A stretch of 35,874 bases of DNA from Vezdaea acicularis (Eukaryota): contig JAPEUI010000013.1 of assembly GCA_026025075.1 (NCBI GenBank), forward strand, positions 186,001-221,874, given 5' to 3'. Positions 1-9,614 of the stretch are shown one piece after another. Numbering within the stretch: the stretch's first letter is position 1; each line of letters begins with the position of its first letter. A program made the position numbers and the translations under genes. A model generated the notes under the pieces. That model had not been told where the DNA came from. It worked only from the letters and a program-made list of their open reading frames with translations, and searched no databases.

Positions 1-210
1 ATACTGATAGTTGGCGCTCCAAGCATATAGGAGAGAGCTAGTACCTCTAGCATTTCGCTGGTTCAGGGGGATAAAAGCGATGGAGTCTAGGCTTGGATGA
101 TATTAGACGGCATGGCTCCCATGGTATCAAAGCACATATCCACATGCTGTTCTCAAGATACTTGGATCCTTCAGGACTATTCAAGACCACCTGCTTGAGT
201 TTTCTTTCGA

Positions 211-1491
211 CTAAGGCTCACTGAAACTGTTGGTAACTTCAACAAAATCCTCCCATGAACTCCAGGCCGCTCCGCTCTCAACGGCCCATCTCGCCCGTCT
301 AACACCTTCTTTCCACCTGCCACCTCCAGGGCCCCTTTCCTTGATTACTTCTCCCTTGATCCCTTTATTATTAAGGCTTGTGTCCGCGTCACAGACACCA
401 GCTGTGACGAGTAAGGCAGCAGTGTTGATGAGTACAAAGTGTAGTATTGGATCGTCTGGATCCATCTCGTTCTTCAATAGTTTCTTGAGTATCATTGCGT
501 TATTCTCCGGTGACAACCCTGGCGAGACCTCGGATAGAGGATGTTCCGGCAAACCAAAGTCAGCCGGCGACAAAGTGAAGTGAGATATCTTCCCATTGAC
601 TAGCTGCCAGCAGAAAGTACGTCCAGCGCAACTGAGCTCATCCAAATCTTCCTCGCCACAGATAATGAGGGCCTTCTTTGATCCATTCAGTCGAAGCGCT
701 TCTGCAAAGACTGGGCCTAGGTCGCGTCGAGCGACTCCAATGACCCTGGCTTCGATCGCGTCATCCACTGGGTTAGCTAGCGGACCAAGGAGGTTGAAGA
801 TCGTTCTCCATCCCAACTCCTTTCGTATTGCAGCGACATACTTCATCCCCGGATGAAACATCGGAGCGAAAAGGAAGGCGTAGGTGCTCTTCTCATAAAC
901 TTTAGGGAGAGTCTTATTTGTTATGGCCTGAAGATCTGGAGGCGTCGGTTTAATTGCACACAAGAGGTCGGCAGAGCCTGATGTTGAGGTTGAGGCGCGG
1001 TTCCCATGTTTGGCAACAAGTAGTATCGACGAAGCTAAAATGGAAGATGTTGTAGAAATATTAAAAGTATGATGATCATCCCCTCCAGTGCCAACAATAT
1101 CGCACTGTGAAGGCTATTAGCCGTGGGCTTTGGGGAATGGATAGGAAAGTAAATTGCCGCGAGATAGTTGACATACCAATCCGCCCTGGTACAGTCCTTC
1201 AGTTTTGCGCCTACTCTTCAGTACCTTGTCTAGCTCTTGATAATCTACGAGAGACGCAGCATCTCTCATTTCCCTGGCACATTTGTAGATAACATCTGCC
1301 CTTCTGTCCCAGCCTGTGAAATGCAAACATGTCAGCAGGGCTCCGGTCTGAACAGGTGAAAGCTGGTTCGTGAATATCCGAGATATTGCCAAGGCGATCT
1401 CATCTGCAGTTACTTTCGCGTCTTCCGGTGAGGGCCATAACCGTTTGAGCAGCGGGGTTATCGAAATCTGCTGGGACTTGATTGCATCCAT
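211..1491 (-). CDS. TRP4: Anthranilate phosphoribosyltransferase (2 exons: 1491-1177, 1104-211; ~402 aa)
   Basis: Removing intron 1105-1176 (GTATGT...CTAAT...CACAG) joins two ORFs and restores DIVGTGGD..TFNIST, KHGNRASTS.SGSADLL, FLFAPMFHPGMK, RTIFNLLGPLANP and DEL, all TrpD/Trp4 motifs. Confidence 0.96.
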
Positions 1492-1494
1492 GAT

Positions 1495-1536
1495 CTACGC
1501 TGTTCGAGGTTGCTCTTTCTCAAGAATCCATCTCAT
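1495..1536 (-). promoter_or_regulatory. Candidate uORF MRWILEKEQPRTA*, in frame with TRP4 and ending 3 nt before its ATG
   Basis: Read directly: ATG AGA TGG ATT CTT GAG AAA GAG CAA CCT CGA ACA GCG TAG ATC ATG. Whether it lies in the mRNA is unknown. Confidence 0.35.
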
Positions 1537-1828
1537 GGATTATTTGAACAATTACCGGAACTCGCTGAGCTCCGTATCCCGCATCAGCTCTACCACAAAG
1601 GGAGTTCCTTGTCACTAAATGCGGGTTCGTGATTCGCTAGGCGCTAATCGGAATACGAACCTTTTTATTTTCCGAACTCGATCGGAATCGCATCCACCCC
1701 GTCAAACTTCCTCACCCTGCCCGTCCTGCTCCCTCTACTCTGGTAAGACGAAATTTCCTCGTGAACAAGAACGAGCTGACCCTCTCTGAATAGTCGCTGT
1801 AGACATTGAGCGGCTTTCAACTATCACA

Positions 1829-2887
1829 ATGCAACCCCAAACTTCTCTCACCTCAAAAGCTCTACCGCTCCGCCCAGTCACCCGCCTCAAACCAGTCCGT
1901 TCCAGACGACGCTTATACGCAACAGTAACAGCGACAACTCCTGCTGCCCACCGCTCCGGCGTACACCCAGCAGTTGTACCGATACAACGCTTTCCGCCTA
2001 CCCAACCGCCATCACACAAGCCACCCGAACTACGCAAGTCCCAGTTGTTCCGCCAATATGCCTCCCTCCTCCGCTCCACCCCCATCATGCTTCTCTTCCA
2101 ACACAACAACCTCAAAAGTACCGAATGGATGAGCATCCGCCGCGAGCTCGCCTCCGCCCTCCAGAAAGCCTCCGCTTCTCTCCCCACACCAGAAACAGCC
2201 ATCCCCATCGACGCGATCAAGGTCCAAACAATCCAAACCGGCATCTTCGCCGCCGCTCTCAAGGTGGTAGAGAACTACGACCCATTAGCCACACCCGCAG
2301 CATCTCCCGATCCCTCCGCCCCCTCACCGCCTTCCTCCACCACCAGCACAACCCCCAACACCTCACCAAACCCCCTTGACCAAACATACACCCACCTCCT
2401 ATCCCGCACCGCCCACGCCGCCGCCACCTCCCGCAAACCCACCTCCGCACTTATCCCCCTCCTCTCCGGCCCCCTCGCCATCGCCACCATCCCCACCCTC
2501 TCCCCCCACCACCTAACCACCACCCTCCGCATCCTCTCTCCCTCCCCCCCCCTCTTCCCCGCCCCAACCAGACGCTCCACCCCCAGCTACCACGATCCCA
2601 GCGTGCAAAACGGGCTTCAAAAACTCCTCCTCCTCGGCGCCAGGATCGACGGCCGCGTCTTCGACGCCGACGGCGCCCGCTGGGTCGCGAGTATTGATGG
2701 GGGGCTCGATGGGCTTAGAGCGCAGTTGGTGCACGCGTTGCAGGGGATGGGCGCGGGCTTGTCTGGCCTGTTGGAGGGAGGTGGCAGGAGTTTGTATCTT
2801 GCGCTTGAGGCTAGGAGGGGAATGTTAAGTGAGCAGGCACAGGTCAAGGGGGGGGATGCGCCGGCTGGGCCGGCTGGGGGCGCGTAG
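1829..2887 (+). CDS. MRPL11: Mitochondrial large-subunit ribosomal protein uL10m (single exon, 352 aa)
   Basis: Arg-rich, acid-free N-terminal presequence (..RSRRRLYAT). RKSQLFRQYASLLRSTPIMLLFQHNNL..EW..IRREL, LLSGPLA, KLLLLGARIDGRVFD and GGLDGLRAQLV match fungal mitochondrial L10. Confidence 0.88.
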   Translation: MQPQTSLTSKALPLRPVTRLKPVRSRRRLYATVTATTPAAHRSGVHPAVVPIQRFPPTQPPSHKPPELRKSQLFRQYASLLRSTPIMLLFQHNNLKSTEWMSIRRELASALQKASASLPTPETAIPIDAIKVQTIQTGIFAAALKVVENYDPLATPAASPDPSAPSPPSSTTSTTPNTSPNPLDQTYTHLLSRTAHAAATSRKPTSALIPLLSGPLAIATIPTLSPHHLTTTLRILSPSPPLFPAPTRRSTPSYHDPSVQNGLQKLLLLGARIDGRVFDADGARWVASIDGGLDGLRAQLVHALQGMGAGLSGLLEGGGRSLYLALEARRGMLSEQAQVKGGDAPAGPAGGA

Positions 2888-2916
2888 GAAGGTGGATGAG
2901 ATAGCTAGTTAGCTAT

Positions 2917-2938
2917 TATGTATGTATGTATGTATGTA
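2917..2938. repeat. (TATG)5+ microsatellite in the probable MRPL11 3'UTR
   Basis: tatgtatgtatgtatgtatgta seen directly. Confidence 0.85.
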
Positions 2939-3588
2939 CTATATATATTGGCAGTTACTGCGAGTTTGCGCGGGAAAGGGTAGCAAGTGGTGGGATACAC
3001 GCTAAAAATACGTGTGTGATGTGCATGCACGCGAGCGGTGGAGGAGAAACAAGTCACAGTGCCGCAGAGCCAGGGGAAGGAACGCCGAGGGGCTCACGGG
3101 GCTCGAGGGTGCAGCCCTACTACCCCTCGCTGCGGCTTTTCTGAGTGACAAAGATGATATTTTGATTTTCACACAAAGCAGAACCATATGATGAGATTGA
3201 GCGTCTCCAACACATAAGGGGTTTTTTTTTGATATCGACAATACCGCATGCATAGCGGACTCTGAGCCTGCACTAGCCAGCAGGGTATAAAGCAAGATGC
3301 TGCGCCCATATACAAAGTTGAACAAGTCCCATCGTCAGGTGTCGTCATTCCAAGAAGAAAAAGAAGGAGGCCCCAGGAGAAATTACGCCTATAATCCCGT
3401 CCATCCCAGAAAAACGCCCCATCCACCGGGGTCATACTTAAACAAAACCTGCCTGTCATCCATCCCTTTGGCCCACATACCCCGAATTATTTCCTTCCAA
3501 AAAGAAAATCGTTGAAGATTACCAAATAAAAAATCTTGCTTTGCAGATGTTCTTCTTATGCCGTCTATGGATCTACCGAGTGTGTGGT

Positions 3589-4458
3589 CTACCGGGAGTC
3601 GCTGCAGACTGATGCAAGGGCGTGGAGTCTCTGGCTGTCGGACGCGTACGGCGAAACAGGTGTCGTGGAATAGGATGAGGCATAGCTGTATGCATTTGCT
3701 TTGTACATCTGAGGTCTTTCTGTTGATTCTGGTGCCTGTGACAGCATGTCTGTTTGCACCGTGGGAGGATTTCTCTCCGTACGTGACAGACTTGCAGATT
3801 TTGCCGCTCTGCTCTTCTTTTGGTCTTGGGTCGCTTGACCGATGCTCTTGCCGTTTCCGTCTTTCTTGTGGGTCTTCAGGTGCTGCTTCATGTTGTCCAT
3901 GCGGGCAAAGTATTTGTTGCATTCCGGGCAAGGCGTTTCCTTCTCGCCCGTGTGAATCTTCGCATGCCTTGCGGCGTGCCCCGAGGTCGTGAAAGTTCGG
4001 GTGCAATTATATTTCTCTCTGAAAGCACAAGGGTGTGATTTTTTCGCCAGCTTGCCCGCGTCGGGCTCAGGTCCGGCCGGAAGAGGCCTGCCTGGTAAAA
4101 GCTCGGGTAATGCCGACGTCTTTGATGAGTAGTAATCCCCATAGATGGTGCCTCCAGACCGTGGGCTCAGGACATCAACCGGAGTGACTGGCTCTAGGTT
4201 GGAGATGGGCGTTTGCGGAGAGGCCGTGCTCTGTGTTCTTTGCGACGACCACGAATCCGAACGGAGGAGATCTGGCGTTCGAGGGGAGAAGGCCGGAGGC
4301 GATTGCCAGCTCTGTTGCGAGGAATACGAGCCCGTTCGGGTCATGGTGGTGGCGAGGCTCGAGTTGCGTGAATGTGGCACCAACGGTGTCAGGGAGGGCC
4401 GCACAGGAGGGTCGTTGAGGAGCGAAACCCTCCGGCCGGTACAATCGATACCCTCCAT
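3589..4458 (-). CDS. Two-finger C2H2 transcription factor, Nrg1/CSP-1-like repressor (289 aa)
   Basis: CAFREKYNC.RTFTTSGHAARHAKIHTGEK..CPECNKYFARMDNMKQHLKTH. The FTTSGH.ARH and F.R.DN..QH helices are typical of Nrg1/Nrg2/CSP-1. Also an N-terminal RRVSLLND and a C-terminal LHALAS motif. Confidence 0.85.
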   Translation of the reverse strand: MEGIDCTGRRVSLLNDPPVRPSLTPLVPHSRNSSLATTMTRTGSYSSQQSWQSPPAFSPRTPDLLRSDSWSSQRTQSTASPQTPISNLEPVTPVDVLSPRSGGTIYGDYYSSKTSALPELLPGRPLPAGPEPDAGKLAKKSHPCAFREKYNCTRTFTTSGHAARHAKIHTGEKETPCPECNKYFARMDNMKQHLKTHKKDGNGKSIGQATQDQKKSRAAKSASLSRTERNPPTVQTDMLSQAPESTERPQMYKANAYSYASSYSTTPVSPYASDSQRLHALASVCSDSR

Positions 4459-7400
4459 TTTTTGTGGAGGAAGTGGGGAACTGGATTGTAATAGAAGAGG
4501 AATGATTTCGAAAGCTTTCAGATATGCAGAAAGGGCTGGGAAATGTCCAGACTGAGGCTGTGAGCTAGGAGTGGTGGTGGGACAGCGAAGGAGGGACGTT
4601 GTGACAGCGACGGTGGCTCGCTTTCGCTCGTGGAGAGCGGCGAGGTGGAAGGGTGATGATGACGGTTCAACGGATGAGGAAGAGGGCGAGAAGGCGGGGG
4701 GGGAAGGGCGGACAATAAGTGTATCCCGGGGGCATCAGAGCAGAAATGTGGGGGAGGGCGAGGGGGGGCGAATTGGGGATTTATGGTGATTGTGCACGCG
4801 GACCGGATGGCGTTGGAGTTCGGCGACGAGGAAGGAGCTAACGAGAACGCGCTCAGGATACGATCGATAGAGTTGCGAGATCACCCTGCCTAGCTTGGGG
4901 AACGGGCAGGGAGCCACGAGCCACGGCGAGCGACGCACGGAAGCCGCGGGACCAGCGAAGCAGGGAAACGGTCACCGCAGCGGGCGGATTGATTAGGTTT
5001 AGATCTTGAGGGCGCCTAGCCACGGAATTGCCAGGGAATGGCCAGCGGAGGGCAACGGAGCAGACAACGACGACGAACGAGAGGAGCGGACGGCCCTTGC
5101 GACGGGAAAAACAGCGCCTGATGGACGGCGCACGAGCGTGGAGTTGGAGGCGACGCCAGCCAGCTGCGGACCGCCAGCCGCATGATGGCATTCTCCCACC
5201 CTCTGACTTTACCGTGTTTCGCTGGGCGTGGGCCTCGCCTGCGCCGGCCCCGGCTGCCGCCGCCTTAACGATCCTGCGCCGCCCTCCGCGTCCCCGATCA
5301 AATCCACCATTGCCGCGCCATGCCCTTCGCGACCGGCTTCTTCCCTTCTGCCCTCGGCCTGCTGCCCGCTGCCCGCCCATCGCCCTTTCCCCGCCCGAGA
5401 CGTGCCCAGGATCCGGAAACGCTTCCTTCTTTCCCCGTTTGGCCCTCCGTCGGCCGCGCGACCTTAGATCAGCCACCCTGCCCGAAGCGTTAGACGCGAG
5501 CCGCCTCCATCGGCTGTCGTCATGCTGACCGTCGAGACCGTAGAGATAGCCGGCGGCAAGACGTTGAGGATGATGAGATGGGACCCGTCCACGCCGGCCG
5601 GCCCTCGCATCCAACTGCACTCGGCCCCGTCGATCATGCTCGCGCGAAGGGGCTGCGGGTGCAGTATCAAAAAGCATCGCTCGGACGGGCGAGGAAGGAA
5701 AGCATGCCGCGGTGGTCCTGGCACCGTCCAGCGGTGTTCCCTTTCTTAGCAACATCCCGCATCTCGCATCCAGCATCTAGCACCCCCGCAGCACCGCAAT
5801 CCCTCGCGCGCCACAACCAGCAGCAGGAGCTCGCCCGGGCGAGGGATCTAAGGTTTCGACGCATCGTGAGCAACGGCGGAGGGGCCCTCGTGTTGCGCGA
5901 GATTTGAGGAGGCGATCTTCCCAGAGGAGTCTCCTGCTGCTCCGCAAGCGGGTGGACGGGGGCCCGCCGTTACAGACCCGCGTGCCACACATCGCGGCTA
6001 CAATGCGAAATCCCTAGATCTGCCTCCCTCGCTCCGATTTTCCCAAGATTGGCTGCAGCAAGCACTGACGGGCCCTTCGCCCGACGGCCTCGCATCGCGC
6101 CCTCCCCCGAACCGAGATGGATCGGTGCGTGGTTTGTCCTGAGGCGCGTGGCATGCCCCGAGCGCGACAGCGCAGCCCTCGCTCTTTCCCCCCTCTGCCC
6201 CCCCCCCCTTCCTGCCCTCTCGCGCCCGCTCGCCTTCCTCATCTCGGTCGAACCCTGCAGCGGACGCGTTGTGGAAGTGACGCGGCGGCCTGAACGGAGA
6301 AGGAGAGAAGGAGAGAACAAGGCAGGCGCGTGGGAGGACTGAGGACTTGGCTCCCGTCGGCATGCCCTCGGTCCCTTCTCCCTTCCCCGTGCCCCGAGCT
6401 GGGCAAGAACGGAACAAGTTACTCGGACGGGCTTTAGTCAGATGCGCACGTAAGGGCCAGTGGCTGTCGTGACTCTGCCTCTCGCGCCATATACGGCAAC
6501 CGCGAGCCAGACTGGAGATCCCTCTATCCCTCTTCAACCCATCCGTCTCCCTACCGCGCGCTGGCCCTCGCCGCTTTTCATCGGCCCTTTGGCCGTGATA
6601 CTGGGTGCATTGCGCGCGCGTATCGTCGTGGGCCAGCAAGCAGCAAGCAGCGCACCCTACCGACACCTTACAGCTCACGCCGCGCACTATTACCCTTCCG
6701 CGCGGATCCCAACCCCACACGGGGCCCCCGAACCAGAAGACCCACCCTCGTGGCTGAATCGAGATCTTCGGCAGTTAAGCTTAAATCGCGACGCAGGCTC
6801 CAGTTGCCCGTTCGCTCCCATTCTCTGCTCGCCGGCGCTCGTCCGCCGCGACATGGCAAAGTGAGAAGTTGATACAGCTCGTGAGAGCGCATGGCCATCG
6901 CAGCGTGAATGTCCATCGCGAAAGCGGGGGTGCGACGGAGGAGGAGAGCAGTATACGCGGGCGACCCTTCCTCTGGCGGCCGCTTGGAGCGTCGCGGGGG
7001 AAATCGACATACTAGCGAGATCGAAGATTTGGGGACCGATCGTGCTCACGGCGACTTAGCGCGGCCGCTAGCGTACCCGTGCATGGCCTTGCAGATCCAC
7101 TACGCGAACCCTGAAACTAAGCAACGCCCGCCACTGCGAGATGACGGGACTCGGACGGAGCATCCACGCGCCAGCTGTCAATCTGTCTGCGATCTGCTGC
7201 GAGCCCATCGCTCGTGAGAGCGAGAAACGAGAAACACCGACCCAGCCCTCGATCTCGCTCGGACACAACTCCGAGCCTATCATTCTGCCGTCGCCAGCCT
7301 GATGTGGGGGGGGAAAGGGGGCCAGCGGGGCTCGTGGAAAAACCATCACGCTCTCACGTGCATCGCTCGGCATCTGCCCTGATGACGGAACGGCGAGAAG

Positions 7401-9614
7401 TACAATGACAACACAGCCCATCGCTCGATCAAGGCGACACGTCTCCGTCTACGTCTCCATCCTCACACGGCTGCACCAACGCTTGTCAATGCCGTGCGGC
7501 GGCATCCCGATCCCAATTCATGGCCCCCTCGAGCTATCCGCGACGGCGGATCTGAGCATGGCGGGCAGTCGGGGCAAGGCGGGTTGCGGGATCCCGTTTG
7601 TTAGCTGACTAGCAGCCGGCCACGGTGGCGCCAGTCCCCACAAAACCCATCACATGCAGGGTCGCCGGCCGGCCGCCCCAGCTCCAGCCTCACGCCAAAA
7701 ACACGGCCTTTCAGAAGCTGCTTCAAGGGCTAATGCGATGACTTCTCACGATCATATCACTAGAAATGACGTCCTGCCTGCCTGCAGCAATCACCAGTGT
7801 TGACGTGATGCTGCATGCATGTGATAGTACCGGTCTATCGTACCAATCGCCGACTTTCCAAGACCGCGCAGGGCGGAATAATATATGAGCGGGTCGACGC
7901 GCGGAATCACTATCATGAATGATGGCGTGAGTGACCAAGCGAGGCATTCGGGCGAGAGGCGCGGAACATAGTACCGTCAAGCCCCCTCCAGACACGCGCA
8001 TCCCTGGCGCGGCGGCCATTGATGCTTTTGATAGTCAACTTCCCAGCGCGGGGCCGACGATGCGGATATCCCTGAGACCCTGAGCGACGGCGGACGAAAA
8101 ATCCAAAAAAGCGCCATGGTCCTCACTTCACGATGCGGCTTCTCGATGCCGACCCTCATGGCATTTATTATTGCAGGGATTGAAGATCGGGATGGTATTG
8201 TGGAATTGCCATCCGGAGGCATGTCCGGCTTCATCGCCGTCCTAACAATCTTCGAAATATCACCGCTAGTGCTATCGAGCTTTTTTTTTTGTTTTGAACG
8301 CCACCCTTCTGGAAAGTATGTTCGACACTAGACGGGTTGGGGATCGGAAATCTGGCGTTGTGTTGCCACTTTGCGGTTGTCCGTGGGCTGTAGATGTGAG
8401 GAAGACGATATTGCCATGGCGTGCTTCCAGCACCGCAGTCTACTGGGACGTTTGTATTCCCCCCTTCACACGTGAGAGGCGGGTGCATGCCCATTACTTC
8501 TTCGTCGTCTTCAGCCACCACCGATACAGCTCCGCGAACGCCCGACATTGTCCTTTTGTCGGCATGAACCATTCTTTTGAAGCAGAAATCAGTACAGCCA
8601 AGCCACAGATCACTCCAGTCGTGTAGTCTCGCAAAGGGCTCGTGGCGCATCACGTAAGCCGCAAGGCATGCCACGCTGATGCGACGGTTTTACTGGGCAG
8701 CTAAGCGACTTCGTCCTCCCTGAAATCCTTGGCGATGTATCTCAATTATTACCTCAACTTTCTTTCAACGCGAGATACCTGCTGCTATGACAGATATCTC
8801 TTTATTGCTTCTATCAAGCCTGAGGATTATATGTGCTCTGTTTACCCTGACCAGCGGTTACCCCTGAGTATTTTGCATGGGGGATCTTCGGTCCTTCAGG
8901 GCTTGACAAAAGACCCTTGCTATCGAACCACCAGTCGTAGCCTCACAAGCTACTCGCTCTATTTCTTCAACTTCAAGGGCTAGGTTTTGTCTTACATGCT
9001 TGTGTATGTCTGCCTGGTCTCAAGGCAGTTCTTTCTTTGATCGTCGTTCACAGCAAAGCGTCGCCTTAGAACATCACCTACCCCAAGTATACAGCCAAGA
9101 ACTTATCTTATGCAACGAACCTTCATCAAGTTCGTCCCCACGCGCCATTTCGCAGGAAGTTCGTGTCTTCTGTCGCGCTATTATGAGGTCGTGAGAGACA
9201 GCTAATCTAAATCTACATTCGAGGACGCAATAATAACATCTTGTAACACGCACCAGCCATTATCGATAACGTGCGCCAATTTAGCATGATCAGCTTTCCC
9301 TTAGCCGGCTCGCGCTCCCGCAAATCGCTTCAAATAATTTCTTTCGGATCCTGTCATCCTTCCTTAGATAATGCCTCATTGATAATTTTACTCTACCCAT
9401 CACCAAAGTACTATCTACGAATACGCGTAGAAGCTTTGACCCTGTTTATGTCCCGAATTTTGTCAATTCTCATGTACCATGGCCCCACTGTCCGTGTGTT
9501 CATTTCGTTCGGGCGAAATGTCTTCTTCCCATGATATCCAACATTTGCACATTTGCCATCTAAGGAGACGACGACAGACTTTACGCAATCGCCAATGCGA
9601 TCATCGTCGTGACG

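Noticed and set aside
1600..1640. Possible Gcn4/CpcA site in the TRP4 promoter
   Set aside because: Only imperfect matches (TGATTCG, GTCACTAA); no TGASTCA or TGACTC found.
2917..2948. Puf-binding element (UGUA..UA) in the MRPL11 3'UTR
   Set aside because: TGTA repeats are present but there is no exact UGUANAUA, so it cannot be told apart from a plain microsatellite.
4518..8674. Many overlapping 60-307 aa ORFs on both strands (e.g. 4853-5776 minus, 5998-6720 minus)
   Set aside because: They are Arg/Gly/Ala/Pro-rich, lack recognisable motifs and overlap each other, as expected from stop-codon scarcity in GC-rich non-coding DNA.
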